Made by a program: the position numbers and the translations under genes
Shown here: in pieces, positions 14,211 to 28,739 of the stretch
How positions within the stretch are numbered: position 1 is the first letter of the stretch
How the letters are laid out: the number at the start of each line of letters is the position of its first letter
DNA from: Octopus sinensis
Taxonomy: Eukaryota
Reading direction: 5' to 3'
Length of the DNA: 64,000 bases
Assembly (NCBI RefSeq): GCF_006345805.1
Contig: NW_021833254.1
Location: 1-64,000, forward strand
The notes under the pieces: generated by a model
Databases searched by the model: none
Told to the model about the DNA's origin: nothing
Seen by the model: only the letters and a program-made list of their open reading frames with translations

Positions 14211-14399
14211 CATCATCATCATCATCGTCGTCGTCTTCATTGTCGTCGTCTTCATCGTCATCATCTTCATCATCATCATAATTATTACTATTATTATTCT
14301 AAGTTGTATAATTATTTTTATAATCATTGTTATTATTAATATTATTATTATCATTATTATTATTATTATTATTTTTAGTATTATTATCACTATTATTAC

Positions 14400-14442
<43 letters not shown>

Positions 14443-14600
14443 GACATTATTTTTATTATCATTGTTGTTGTTCTTATCAGTACTAGTATTATCATTATGA
14501 TTGATATCATTAATATAGTTTTTTTTGTTATTCTTGTTGTTACCGTTATCAATATCGTTGTCATCATTATTGTAAATATAAGATTATGAACCATAATACA
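13655..14600. repeat. long degenerate (ATT)n/(ATC)n tract with a higher-order unit
   Basis: direct inspection; motif atcattattaatattat(t)atcgtt recurs about 5 times at 13820-14175. Confidence 0.9.
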
Positions 14601-14738
14601 ATGAATATTCTTGTCGTGTTTGTTCGTGTTATTAGCGTTGTTTGATCTATTTCAAAAAACCCACCATGTCTTGAGGCCACTTGTTTACTTTGTGAATATT
14701 GTATTTCTTTTCATTGATATACGTTGGATTTAGTATTG

Positions 14739-14787
<49 letters not shown>

Positions 14788-14864
14788 CATTATTATTATT
14801 GTTATTGTTATTATTATTATTATTGTTGTTGTTGTTGTTGCTGTTGTTGCTGTTCCCAGTATTG

Positions 14865-14965
14865 TTATTAAGTACCAGTTGCGTACTGGGGTCAATCTAA
14901 TCGACTGGGGCCCTCCGAAAAACTTTCGGGCCTTGTGCCTAGAGCAGAAAAGATTATTATTATTA
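14865..14965 (+). mobile_element. SINE family 2, 3' tail
   Basis: taagtaccagttgcgtactggggtcaatctaatcgact...ggccttgtgcctagagcagaaaagattatt. Confidence 0.75.
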
Positions 14966-16212
14966 TCATTATTATTGCATTTATTATATTTTTTGATGTT
15001 CATGAAATTGTTTTTTCTCTTATCACCATAACAACAATGGGAACAGCAAAGAGAAGAGAAGAAGATGTGGGAGAGACTGGGGGTGGGGGAGGGGGGTATT
15101 AAATATCAGCCTTTTATTCATATTGAGGCGAAAGATATTTTCTTAATTGTTTATTTGTCTCTGGCATTAAGATTAACAAAATATAATCATTCTAATATGG
15201 CTGCAGCAGAGACACCGGAAGAGGCGTTTTTAATGTAGCATCAGCAATCCTTGCCCTTTCTAACGTGGAGAATGTCCCTGACAATGTCTTTTGTATATAT
15301 CGGGAATAATTGTCTTGAAAGGCAGCAGTAATTCTTGCATTAACGGAACTACCACTCCAGCTAGACTGTCTTTCCTCGGAGCTCCACGTAAATAGCTGAG
15401 CTATTTCTTCACACCTCAGCCATTTAATTCCGATGAGTCTCCTATACTGCTGAGCAATTTATTGGCACGAAACCAATGGTCACTCTCTCATCGACCATAA
15501 TATTAGATTCCTAAAAATCAAAAATGATCGCGTGCGTACCGTTGGCGATTTTTTTCCTCCATCTTCCCTTCTTTGGATCTTTCATTTTCCTATGTTTCTG
15601 ACGAAGAGCTCCACTCTAAACGTTAAACCCTCCTTCTTTCCTGAGCATATAATAATACTATACATGTTCCACGTCCTCGCGTTGTGTTTTCGCTTTGTGT
15701 TTTCATGTTTGGATTAACTATATATATATAATATATACCTATTCTTTCAACTCCAAAACCACACTTTGCTTTCTCTTCTGGTTCTCTCCCTTTCTGTACA
15801 CATACATAAATACATACATACGTACGTACATACATGCATATGCATGTATTTATGTATGCCTATAATACATATGCATGTAGACACAAACATATATATATAT
15901 ATATATAATATATATATCAAGGGTAAGCCTTCCATCATATTCTAGACGAGAGGTAGTCAATGTGTGAAAAGTTTTGAATCCCATCGAAAATAGGAAACAA
16001 TTTCTGTCATCTGTCCAATCACAGCGAAACCAGGAACACCGGAAACCGATTGTCGAAACTTGTGAAGTTCCGGTACTTGGACGGGTATTCTACTTGGTCT
16101 TCGAAGCACAGAAATGTCTGCTGCGCTTTAAGCTCGAAGGCTTCACCTATATACAAATATATACATACATACATACATACATACATACATACACACACAC
16201 ACATTCACACAC

Positions 16213-16244
<32 letters not shown>

Positions 16245-16481
16245 GTATATATTATTAGTGAATTGAAGAAATGGAGTTGAACGAATTGAACAGAAATCGT
16301 TTTATTGCATTCTACACTTGTTTCGAAAGCCACAATTTACCAATTCCGATTGAATAAGGAGACCATATTGTGTCTTTCTCTTCAGGAAGAAATAGGAAAT
16401 CCGTTGGCAAAAACAAAAACAGAACAGAGGCGCAGCAAAACAAATCGAACGAGGCTCCTAAGAGCCCATGGCCAAACTCTA

Positions 16482-16539
<58 letters not shown>

Positions 16540-17388
16540 ATATACACATATATATTATATATCTATAGAGGTATACACACATACGTAGAGTTATAAAGGT
16601 ATGTATATGCATACATACATACATATACATATATTTATATGCATGTATGCATGTATGTATGTAAGTATGCATGTATGTATGTATGCATGTATGTATCTTC
16701 CTATCTATAGTACATGTGCGTGTGAGCTTGCATATATAAATGCATATTCTATGTCGCTCTGCTACGCTTGACTTTCTATTGTTTTGTTTCATCTCTCCAC
16801 AATTATCGCCATCACTACCACCACGAACCAGGCCGCCAAAATAGTCATCCTCACCAACTACCAACCACCACCACCACCACCACCACCACCACCCCCAAGA
16901 ACAACAACACCACTTGCACCACCACTATCTTCCTCCTCCTCCTCCCGTACTATAGAATTTTTAATGTGTAAAACATCAACATATTTTTCGAAGCCAAAAT
17001 TCCCTTGTAGCTTTATTAATGCAAACATTTTGTAAAACACGAAAGTATATTAATTTACTTTTTATTTGTTTTAATTATAATTTCCTGTTCTCATAAATAT
17101 TTCTTCATTAATTACACCGCTAATTATACGGCAATTTATTTCTATTTTTGCTTCTTCCGTTAATAGTGAGAGAAATAGCAAATATGCAAATTACACACCC
17201 ACATAAACACGCACACACTGACACACACACTCACGTATGTGTGTGTGTGCATATATACAAATGTATATATATATATATATATTATATATATATACATTAT
17301 ATATATATACATATATATATATATATACATATATATATATGTAAGTATAATATGTATGTGTAATATATATATATATATTATATATATA

Positions 17389-17442
<54 letters not shown>

Positions 17443-17479
17443 TGTTATGTATATGCGCAGGCGTAGTTATACACGCAGA

Positions 17480-17620
17480 TGTGACTGTGTGGTAGTAAGT
17501 TTGCTTCCTAACCACATGGTTCCGGGTTCAGTCTCACTACATGGCATGTTGGGCAAACATCTCTACTATAGCGCCGGACCGACCAAAGCCTTGTGAATGA
17601 ACTTGGAAGATGTCGTGTGT
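17480..17620 (+). mobile_element. tRNA-derived SINE (family 3), 5' part
   Basis: gtgactgtgtggtagtaagtttgcttcctaaccacatggttccgggttcagtc...ttgggcaaac...gaccaaagccttgtga; homologous to 30245-30390. Confidence 0.8.
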
Positions 17621-17913
17621 ATACAAGTTCTTGACCCACCACCAGACAGTAGATAAACTGTTTTTACTTCCAGTTTTAATAACCTTTTTTACAGATATTT
17701 TTTAAGGAGAGATTCTTGGAAACCGGTAATATCTTCTTTATATAATTTTTTATATAATGTCTTTAAAATAATTTTTATGAAATTTCTTCTTAGAATGAAA
17801 TGCCTTAGACTTAATTCTGTGCTTTTTTCACGTCCATCTTTTGTATATAAAAACTTGATTTGGATTTGTATAGATCTCTAATCTGTTTTCAACTGTATTT
17901 CAGCTATAATATA

Positions 17914-17961
<48 letters not shown>

Positions 17962-17974
17962 CATATATATATAT

Positions 17975-18008
<34 letters not shown>

Positions 18009-18509
18009 CTTTGTTTCGTCAGCAACAAACCTAGAATCGTGGAGTGATTTTATGGATTTCCCTTTTGAAGTAATAATGTGATTTCGATCTTCTCCCGTAT
18101 AGCTTTGCTAAATTGACATTTAACTTACATTCAGCGCACTCAAATCGTTGTCAATAAAATTTAATGGACGGAAGCTACGATTAAGTCTATCGGATGGTTA
18201 GACTCTCCTACGGATCATGTTAACGGCACATCTATTTGTCGTATACTCAGACGAAAATACTCCAAGATAGGCTATGCCTGTAATTTGAAACTTAAACATT
18301 GTCATACAACGCCCTATTGAGTCTGCAGGAGAAACTAAATCAATGGTACATTGTCTATGGTATATCGACCACTTACAAAGCAAATTTCAAATAGTTAGTA
18401 GTTCAGTTGATTGGACACTTGTAACGGTCATCGACGCAAACGGTGAAGTTTCCTTTATATTTGCAAATCGTCGTCAAATAATGTGAAAATGGGTTAGAAG
18501 ACCAGCAAT

Positions 18510-18660
18510 TATAGGAGTGGGTTAATCCGATTACCAACCACAGGGCTCAACTGGTACGTACTGATTTTATCGATCCTGAAGGATGAAAGGCAAAGTCGAA
18601 CTCGGCGGATCTGAACACAGAATGTAAAGACGAACGAAATGTCGCTAAACTTTACTAATT
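18510..18660 (-). mobile_element. SINE family 2 fragment
   Basis: ctggtac..tttatcgatcctgaaggatgaaaggcaaagtcgaactcggcggatctgaacacagaatgtaaagacg. Confidence 0.75.
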
Positions 18661-19139
18661 TAATACAAATTTCTTTAGATTCATCATTGGTCATAGATAT
18701 ATCTTTGAAAATATACTGTTTCTGGCATTGTTCCTTTTTGTATTCAATGGGTACAATGCTAGGAAGTAAATATGTATTTATTGTTCCCGCTGTAACAGAG
18801 CTGTACTAATGCTACAGTAAAGGACTAAGATCCTGGACGAGGGATCAAGTACGTGAATGATCCAAAGGGCTATACTGAAGGTGAGAATATGTTCGCGAAA
18901 CAACGGAGGGTAGAGAAGGGTCAAACTCGTCAGGCAATTTGAATGAGTGATAGAAGGGTATATGACGTACTATAAGACATGGCGATATCGAATAAGGTGA
19001 CTTATAAAATTTTTTATGGCTCTGAGATCTGATTTCAAGATTTCAGATCAAATTGAGGTCATATTTGAGGTCAAATTGAGGTCAAATACTGGGTTTGATC
19101 TCTGCTTCTTTTCTTCCTACTCCTCCTTTAACAGGAGGG

Positions 19140-19400
19140 TCACCTCCTTTCCTCCTCCTCCTCACTTTTCTTTTTCCTTCTTTTTTTCTGTTTTTTCTAC
19201 TTTTTTCTCTATCTTCTTCTTCTTCTTCCTCTCCTTCTTCTTCTTCTTCTTCTTCTTCTTCTTCTCCTCCTCTTCGTCCTTCTCCTTCATCTTCTTCTGA
19301 TTCTCCTCTTCCTCCTCCTCCTCCTCCTCCTCCTCCTCCTCCTCCTTCTTCTTCTTCTTCTTCTTCCTCTTTCTCTTTTCTCTCACTCCCTCTCATTCTC
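19140..19400. repeat. (TTC)n/(TCC)n polypyrimidine tract
   Basis: direct inspection. Confidence 0.95.
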
Positions 19401-20678
19401 TTCCCGTTCTCTGAGCCAATTTCATAGCGACTGAAAAGCGATCGTGAGTTACTACTAACAAAAACTTTTTTCTCCACAAGACTGTGAGAAGTCTTGCCAG
19501 AGATTAAGAAACCTGTTCGCACGGGAAAGCAATATGGCTGCTTGGGGATTCCAGTTGTCTGTGGACCGTTGCAAGTTCGACAGGGAACGAAAGATGACAA
19601 GAACATTATTATAATACAGTAGTTAATATTATAGAAAATTACGAATGTTTTCTGTTGCAATATAAATCTAGACCGGCGAGATTAATATTTCGGCCATTTT
19701 ATTGTAAACCTCACAAGTGAATACCAGGAATATATTTGGGATACAATTCAATTAACTAAATGTTCATCTCATAAACAGACTTTAAAATTTTCAAACCAAC
19801 GATAAAGCGTTTTACGTAGTTTAGAGTCATGCAGAAATGGCGACGAAATGTCGATAAAATCATAAGTTACAGACTTGAATAGAAGATGAACATATTTGAT
19901 AAAACTACTCTAGGGTAAAGTATGGGTAAAAACAAAGCAATTGTGATGGTCAGGGTTGGATGGCTTTTGATCCCGGGTTTATGTGATAAGGGCCGACTTG
20001 GTCTTAAGCAAAAATAACAAATTCAACAACTGCAAGCGCAATAAATTTTAACTTATGTCTATTCAAAGGGGAGATCGATAAAACAAACATGAAAGTTCTT
20101 TGACTATCAGCCGTGTTTTACAATTCGAATAAATGGAACATCAGATCTTCTAGAAGGAGGGGTGGGTTATTGGTGGCAGCGAAAGTGAAGAGAGAACGTG
20201 AACAGGTTTGGAAAAGTTATATCGGCCCATGATCTAGAATATCACGGTGACGACATCCCACCATCTACGCATGCCCGCCCATAGCCCAGCCCCTTCAAAA
20301 CATCTTCTCCTACATCAAACATCTCTCTACCTTACGCATGGAAATATCTTTCGCCATCAAAAATTAACGGATCAATACAAACATTATGTATAAGTTCCTC
20401 ATTGCCCAATACTTTTGCTCAATTCAAGATTTACGTGATCATGCATTTTTATCGACACCCCTGCGGCACTTACTCCGCCCCGATCTATCAATACATCACC
20501 TCCAACCTTTACTTTTCCACCCACCACCTTGTTTGAGATGTTTTGTATCTGTATCAGCAGGTCGCTGTTCAAAGCCAAAACGGCTTTCACTTCAATTTAT
20601 AGCATTTCAAACGCTGTTTATTAACTGACAACCGAACGGCACGTAGTTTTTCTTGTTCTTTTCATTGTAGATTTTCGT

Positions 20679-20679
<1 letters not shown>

Positions 20680-20727
<48 letters not shown>

Positions 20728-20734
20728 ACATCAA

Positions 20735-20778
<44 letters not shown>

Positions 20779-20807
20779 CATCATCATTATTATTATTATT
20801 ATTACTA

Positions 20808-20850
<43 letters not shown>
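20680..20850. repeat. (ATC)n/(ATT)n microsatellite
   Basis: direct inspection. Confidence 0.95.
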
Positions 20851-21099
20851 GTATTTTTGCATCCAAGATGGCTTCTTCTGTTTTTACGTTTAGTTTGTCT
20901 TTATCTTTTATTCCTTGGAAGTTCATTTTATTCTTTCTTGGGATTTACCGTTTCTTTTATCTAAAGTTCGTGCAGACGCCAGTGTGTTTGGAACTTGTGT
21001 GAAAGTACATAATCCTTGTAGCCGAGGAGTGAAAGACGGAAAGAAAGAAAGAAAGAAAGAAAAGAGAGCAACAAAGATGGCAAAAGAAAGGAAGAGAGA

Positions 21100-21778
21100 G
21101 TAATACTTATATACGTATATACATAGATATGTGTGTGGGTGTACATATATATGATATAATATAATATATATAAATATATGTATACATGTGTGTGTATATA
21201 TATCTGTATACATGTGCATATATATATATATGTGTATGTATATATATATAAATATATATATATATATCTATATATATATACATATATAAATATACATTTG
21301 ATATATAACATATATGCATATGTATATGTATGCATGTATCTATATATATATATATATATATATATGTATACGTGTTTATTTATATATATATGCAGGTATG
21401 TATAAAGGCGAAAGAAATGGAAAGACAAGGAAGAAAACAGGAGATAAAAAGAAAGAAATGATGTAAAAGAGAGAGAGACGGTGGTGGGAGGTGACCATAC
21501 CTACAGAAAGGAACGACCAGGTTCAAACTTCAGTGGAAACTTTTCAGGCAAACATGACAAAGTAAACTGGGATCTGACAAGAAGTAATTAAGACAAAAGT
21601 AAACACATACGGAACAACAATAGCAACAACAAGAGCACAAGCAACAATAACAACAACAACAACAACAACAGCAACAACACCAATGAAAGTTTCAGTGCCT
21701 CCAGAGTGATTTTTAAGTAAGAATAGTTATAATGATGGTGGACATGATAGTCTTGATGATAATAAGAATAACAAAGCA

Positions 21779-21812
<34 letters not shown>

Positions 21813-22332
21813 ATGATGATGATTAAGATGATGTGGATGATGATGATGATGGCGATGACGATGATGATGATGATTAAGATGATGATGATAATTGATGATG
21901 GTGATGATGATGATGATGATGATAGTTATGACGATGATGATGACGATGATGATGATGATGATTAAGATGATGTGGATGATGATGATGGTGGCGATGACGA
22001 TGATTATGTCGATGTTAACGATGACAATGATGATGATGATGAGGATGATATTTCTAAGCAGACCTTAGATTTTAGTGGGAAAATGGAAACACAGTAAGTG
22101 CAGTTCTGTGTAAGAAAGAATATGAAGAATAAGAAAAAAGAAAAAAAAAAGGAAAAGAAAAGGGGGAAAAACATTCTATTTTACAAATCTTTATAGTTTG
22201 CAGATCCGTATTCAAAAGTATTTGAGCTTATTTGAATATTATGAATGCAAGTTTTATGTTGTTGTTCAAAATATCTGCAGCCATGGATATATTTCTGCAC
22301 AATCTTCTATTTTACATCAGGCAGTTCTTTAC

Positions 22333-22365
<33 letters not shown>

Positions 22366-22408
22366 TGTATGTATGTATGTATGTATGTATGTATATATAT
22401 ATATACGC

Positions 22409-22480
<72 letters not shown>

Positions 22481-22575
22481 GCATATATATACACATATAC
22501 ATGTATGCATATATGTATATTTATATATTTATGTAAACATGTATATATATATAATGTGTGTGTATGTATATATAT

Positions 22576-22611
<36 letters not shown>

Positions 22612-22783
22612 CACATGTTCATGCATATGCATTTATATGAGTGCTTATATTTGTATGAAGTACTCAGATATTCTTGCTTGTAATCCTGCAAATATGTTAT
22701 GTGTGTGTGTGTGTGTGTGTGTGTGCTGTGTGCGCGTATACATATAGATATAAAGAGACAGATAGATAGAAACAGAGATATGC

Positions 22784-22836
<53 letters not shown>

Positions 22837-22847
22837 CTGTGTGCGTG

Positions 22848-22879
<32 letters not shown>

Positions 22880-22930
22880 ATATATATATATATAATATAT
22901 ATATATATAATATATATATATATATACACG
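21100..22930. repeat. cluster of (TA)n, (AAC)n, (GAT)n, (TATG)n and (TG)n microsatellites
   Basis: direct inspection. Confidence 0.9.
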
Positions 22931-23026
22931 CATACATAGTAAGCAATGCGCACACATACATTCAAATAAAGAGAATGTTTAACATATTGAAGATATCTTT
23001 GTTTTTTTTTTTTTACTTATTGACAG

Positions 23027-23131
23027 AATCTCGCGCATCCAAAATTCCTTGAAATACTCAAAATGAAAATAAAAGAAGCTCTGGACTCTGTTCGGAAGTC
23101 TCTGCTTCGCAACGCTGATGAATGGATCTGA
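23027..23131 (+). CDS. candidate terminal coding exon NLAHPKFLEILKMKIKEALDSVRKSLLRNADEWI*, host gene unknown
   Basis: long poly-T tract + ttacttattgacAG acceptor (23025-23026), 34 non-repetitive codons in phase 0 ending in TGA. Confidence 0.35.
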   Translation, partial: NLAHPKFLEILKMKIKEALDSVRKSLLRNADEWI

Positions 23132-23356
23132 CAGTTTTATGTGAAGATTAAGATCGCAATTTGCATATTTTGAGAGCTCCCTGAAGAAATCTTAATCTAA
23201 TCATTGAACTACATACTCCAAGTCCATTCGTCAATATCCTTTTATTTTATAGGTACGACTGTCACGGCTTCGTTCCTGAGTCACACACTCAGACCAACTC
23301 TTGCAATACAAGCCGCACCAAAAGTCACGCACCAAAACCCTTTTTTCCCCATTCTT

Positions 23357-23620
<264 letters not shown>

Positions 23621-23659
23621 TATCATCTGAGTTATGCGGAAAGAACTGTAAAATTTTAT

Positions 23660-23878
23660 GGCGGGGGGAGCTGGCAGAATAGTTAGCACGCCGGGCAGAA
23701 TGCTTAGAAGTATACCTTCCGTCATTACGGTCTGAGTTCAAATTTCGCCGAGGTCGACTGTGCCTTTCATCCTTTCGAGGTCAATAAACTAAGTACCAGT
23801 AAAACACTGGGGTCGATGTAATCGACTAATCTCGTCCCCCAAATATTCAGGCCTTTTGTAGAAAGGATTATTATTATT
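23660..23878 (+). mobile_element. tRNA-derived SINE (family 2), full length
   Basis: ggcggggagctggcagaatagttagcacgccggg (box A-like), gagttcaaatt (box B), cactggggtcgatgtaatcgac core, ends in attattattatt. Confidence 0.9.
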
Positions 23879-24039
23879 CATCATGCTGAAGAATGTCTGG
23901 ATTAATTACTATTTTATTTCATTCAATTTTAGAAAAAATAATGGGTCTCTTCGAAAATAGTGGAGTGTACTGGACTTATTTTGTGCGTGACTTTTGGCCC
24001 ACTCTATATATTCGAGCAGAACTATAACTTTCTGCAACA

Positions 24040-24240
24040 GGTACAAGGTCTAAAATTGTGGGTGAGGATGAAGGCTATTACAATGACCCGAATGTTCAAC
24101 TGGTACTTATTTCATCAACCGCGAACAAAATACAAGATGAAATCAAACTCGGTGCCATTTGAACACTGAATGTGAAAGCGATATATATTAGGTTAAGCAT
24201 TTTGTCCCAAGTGCTCGCTATTCCGCCAGCTCGCCGGCTT
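24040..24240 (-). mobile_element. degraded SINE family 2
   Basis: ctggtacttatttcatc...aactcggtgccatttgaacactgaatgt...ttccgccagctcgcc. Confidence 0.65.
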
Positions 24241-25124
24241 CTTCTCGGAGAGTTATATTTCATTTTCTATCTATTTGGTACTCAAAAAAATTCTTGCGCT
24301 TTTGTTTTCAATTAGGGCCTCTATCGCCATATGAGTGGAAAGAAGAAAGTTTTATTTATGAGGTGGAGAAAGGCATAATGAGAAGTATTTACATTTTTGA
24401 CTTTGAGAAAAACATATTTGTTTTAGAAATGTTCTCTAAGCCAATGAGATTCTCTAAATGCATTAAAACGCTATAATATATTCAGAATTCAGAACACTTC
24501 TTTAGAATATTCTCTCCCTTGTTGGGGGTGGTGGGGTGGTGGCATAGAAAAGACAAATTTAGCTGGGGTAAAATGAGTAAGACAAAACAGGTAAATTTGC
24601 CTCTTCAGTTCTCCAGAATTACATTTGAAAAAATCTCATATATATCAACGTCTCTCCTTAGACATTCGAAAGATCAGAAATACAATAAAAAATTTTAAAA
24701 TATATAATGTCAAGTGAAAGAGGTGCCTGGAAAAATGACACATATGAAATTGAGGAAAGTCGACTAAATGAAAAAACTCAGTATAGAATATTCTCTATAA
24801 TTCCATGATATGATGGAGTTTCCTTTCATTATATATTTAGTCGCTATGATGTTAAAGAAAAGAAATTGAAATTAATCATTTCTCATTTTCCCCTAATTTA
24901 GTTATTATTTTTTGAAAGTTGAAAATTATCAAATTAGTGTGGGAAAAAATTGACTTGGAATCCAGCAGAAGAAAGATTATTAATTGTTAAGGACTAAAAA
25001 TTATCCAGATATTTCATTGGGAAATATTTCATTTACTATCGGGTCAACGCTGAATGGAAAATTTCTTGAAAATAATCACGTATCGCCGGATTATGTTTCA
25101 AACTCTCTCAACAACAACAACAAC

Positions 25125-25157
<33 letters not shown>

Positions 25158-25504
25158 GCAACAACAACAACAACAACAACAACAACTGTGTTAATCAACT
25201 TTAAGTGCCAAAGATGATACAACAATGCAAATTAATGATGTAATACGATATAATGATTTCGAAAAGGTTAGGAAAGAACAAAAAATCAGAAATTACTTAT
25301 TTTGTCCCCACCAACTCCATATTTAATATCCTTTATATATTAGCTTCTAAAATAGATTCATTATATTTCTGTCTGTTGATCACTCTGTGGTCATATGACT
25401 AGAAAGGAGAGAAATTTATTTACTCTAAAACGAGAGAGAAAAGTTGTGGGGAAAGAATTGAGTTACAAAACAGTTTAATTTAAATAACTGCGGAAATAAT
25501 GGAA

Positions 25505-27320
25505 CCTAAAATAACTGACCCAAACAAAGCCCGTGGATAAATCATATACAGGAAAAAATCCCCCAGAATATAAGAGAAATGATCTGTCAATCCTTAATGA
25601 ACCCAGTAGACAATCAACACTACTAAGCAATCAAAAGAGAAAAAATACTACGTCAATACAAAATTACAGAACAAGTATATCTGAGGTAAAAGAGCAGCTA
25701 AAGCAAGATATCCTCGCCAAAGCATAAAGAATCCATCTGTATGGGAAACTCCAACGTTGCTTTAAACAAAACAAAGACTTCAACTCCAAACTCAAACGAT
25801 TCTACCAAGAACTTGGCAAAAATCAAACGGAGATCCATGTAGCACTAACAGTGGAAGAATTGGAAGAATTTTGGAAAGAAATATGGTGGGCGAAAGAAGA
25901 ACCTCAGAAATAATCTATCAAAAGAACAAACACAGCACCTGAACAACTCTGGACACTTATAACAATTGAAGAGGTCACCCAATCACTGCAAAAGCTAAGC
26001 AACTGGAAGGCACCAGGGCACGACAAGATCCCCAACTTCTGATTAAAATGTCTAACTGGAACATATAAAAAGCAGAGACAGAGACAATGCCTGAATGGCT
26101 TTCGGAAGAGAAAACTATCCTATTTTCAAACACAATGGCAAACCCACAAAAGTACAGACCGATAACTTGTCTCTATACCATTTACAAAGCCTTTATTGCA
26201 ATAATATCGCAGAAAATGGGCAAACATCTGCAGAAAACAACCTGTTTCCAGATGAGCAGAAGGGTTGCTGCAAGTGCTCATATGGATGTAAATATCAGCT
26301 ATTGAAGATAGCCATAGGGAAAAGAAGGGCCTAAGTATAGCTTGGATCGATTGTCGGAAGACTTTTGACAGAATTCCCGCACATGGATCCTTGATACACT
26401 AGCCATGAACAAAGTAGCACCCATAATCATAAAAGATATAAAATATTCCATGAATATGTGGCAAACTGTGCTAGAGCTCCAGACAAAAGGGGGAATCATA
26501 AAAACCAAACCCATCTCAACAAGGAGAGGAATATTCCCGGAAGAAACGCTCTCTCCACTTATTATTTGCTTGGCACTGATACCTTAATCTGAAATGTTAA
26601 ACAGAACTGGATGTAGAGACAACTTTTACGGCAAAACAATCAAACATGGTTTAAAACTATGTTTCACATGATTTAAAAGACTCCGCCGGTTACGACGACG
26701 AGGGTCCCAGCTGATACGATCAACGGAACAGCTTGCTCGTAAAATTAACGTGCAAATGACTGAGCATTCCACAAACACGTGTACCCTTAACGTAGTTCTC
26801 GGGGATAATCAGCGTGACACAGAGAGTGACAAGGCCGACCCTTTGAAATACAAGTACAACTCATTTTTGCCAGCTGAGTGGACTGGAGCAACGTGAAATA
26901 AAGTGTCTTGCTCAAGGACACAACGCGTCGCCGGGAATCGAACTCACAACCTTACGATCATGAGCCGAATGCCCTAACCACTAAGCCACGCGCCCTCACT
27001 GTTTCACATGATAAACAGTAGGACAATTACTACAGAGAGTATATGGATTTACCAAAAAAATAAACATGAAATTTGCCTTAGAAAAAATGTGTCATGGTTT
27101 CAAGCAATCTTGAAAAGAGGAAAACTAGTTAAGTGTAACGACATCACACTAAATAAACCAGATGAGATAAGAGAATTGAACCAAAGTCAGACATACAGCT
27201 ACTTAGGAATCAATGAACTAGACACGATGTAACACTCACAAATGAAATAAAAGCTAAGAAATCTATACTATAGACGAGTAAGATTAATACTGAAAACAGA
27301 ACTCAATGCGAAAAACAAGA
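25505..27320 (+). mobile_element. decayed R4/Dong-clade retrotransposon (N-terminal region and RT), family A-like, interrupted by a SINE
   Basis: DLSILNE.SRQSTLLSN, WKAPGHDKIPNF, PQKYRPITCL, AWIDCRKTFDRIPH.W, RRGIF.EETLSPL match the 43-47 kb element; many stops and frameshifts. Confidence 0.9.
26673..26999 (-). mobile_element. tRNA-derived SINE (family 1), full length, 13-bp TSD
   Basis: TSD tgtttcacatgat at 26660-26672 and 27000-27012; head agtgagggcgcgtggcttagtggttagg (box A) ... gagttcgattccc (box B). Confidence 0.95.
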
Positions 27321-27464
27321 TACATAACAAAAACACCATGATCTACGAGTATATATAACGTACAGAAAATAGCACTACTAGGCACTCCACACTTCCTATG
27401 CAAATAAATTTCAATAAAGGGAAAATAAGAGCACCACAACAAACTACATCATATACCCAAGGCA

Positions 27465-28300
27465 CACAAAGCTGCACTCAGACGTGCAGTGAAAGCATGT
27501 TATAAAAATTAGACTATTGTATAAAGAAAATAATGTTAAGCGTCTCCGCTGTGCCGCATCTGTAGCAGAGTGGACGAAACCATTGCTCATATGAGGAACG
27601 AATGACCTAGCCTTGCCCAAAACCACTGTAAGTTGTGGGGACACGATGAGGTAGCGGAAGTGTTAAAATGGAAGCTGTGCAAATATTGGGAGCTAGAGAG
27701 AGAGAGAGAGAGAGAGAGGGGGAGAGAGAGATGGAGAGAGAGATGGAGAGAGAGAGAGAGAGAGAGATAAGCAGGATGTGGTATTAGCACAAACCACATA
27801 GCGTAGCAGAGTTGGAGACTTGCAAAATTCTCTGGGATTTCCCAATCCAAACAGATCAGGTGCTAGAGCATAACAGACCAGACCCAGTGGTGGTGGACAA
27901 TGTGCACCACATGTACTATATAGTTGACGTTGTATACCCCTTTGACCCACGAATAATCAAGAAGGAAGGCGAAAAGATAGATATATATAATTACGAAATA
28001 GCCCGGCCATTGAAAATAAAGGTGAAGATAGGGCCAATCATTGTTGGGTCCTAGGGAACAGTATCAGAAGGCATTAAGAGGAATATAAACGAAATTGGAA
28101 TAGAGTGCCCAGTAGAACTGTTACAAAAGGTTTGCCTCTTTCGGACGGTCAGAATAACCAGGGAAGTATTGAATAGCTGAAAAGAATGGATAGCATGGTA
28201 TCGTAGGCTGCAGGTAGCAAGCCCGCTACGCATGTAAGATTCCAGGAGCTCCAGCGAACAATACTTAACTTTACAGTCCAAAATAAGGAAAATATCATTA
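27465..28300 (+). mobile_element. decayed R4/Dong-clade 3' fragment, family C (CCHC, RHD, RLE), with an internal (GA)n
   Basis: ILWDFPIQTDQVLEHNRPD..IVDV.YPFDPRI.KKEGEK; 3' UTR 28175-28295 matches the family C fragments at 41304 and 42889. Confidence 0.85.
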
Positions 28301-28304
28301 TGAG

Positions 28305-28560
28305 AGGTATAGAAAAAATGTCGAAGTACCAGGGCGTAGCCTTTGAGATACAGTCTACGGAAAGTGCGGCTAAAATATATCCCCGTAACTGTAGGTGCGT
28401 TAGGAACTAACCGTAAATATTTCAACATATGGATCGAGGAAGTAGGCATAAAACCCAGTTTAGTGCAACACCAGAAAACAGTATTCTTAAGGGCAGATAG
28501 GATACGTAGAAAGGTTCTTGGCATCTGAGGTTAGACCGATGTCAAGAAATTTTTCCAACA
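28305..28560 (+). mobile_element. R4/Dong-clade extreme 3' fragment (another family), followed by (AAC)n/(AAT)n
   Basis: YIPVTVGALGT..QKTVFLRADRIRRKVLGI*. Confidence 0.7.
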
Positions 28561-28569
28561 ATCGTAAAA

Positions 28570-28600
28570 ATAAAACAACAGCAACAACAACAACAACAAC

Positions 28601-28653
<53 letters not shown>

Positions 28654-28694
28654 AACAATAATAGAAGTACTACCACTACCACCACTACCAATAT

Positions 28695-28739
<45 letters not shown>

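Noticed and set aside
16019-16146. Minus-strand open stretch GEAFELKAQQTFLCFEDQVEYPSKY...
   Set aside because: The acceptor derives from a (TATG)n microsatellite with no real pyrimidine tract, donors are weak, and no motif is recognised.
19480-19620. Plus-strand open stretch DCEKSCQRLRNLFARESNMAAWGFQ...
   Set aside because: The acceptor is weak (AAG), there is no donor, and no homology is recognised.
26930-26999. tRNA-like sequences with box A/B here and at 31165-31240, 23660-23745 and 63378-63430
   Set aside because: No complete cloverleaf acceptor stem, and each continues into a repeated body; they are SINE heads, not tRNA genes.
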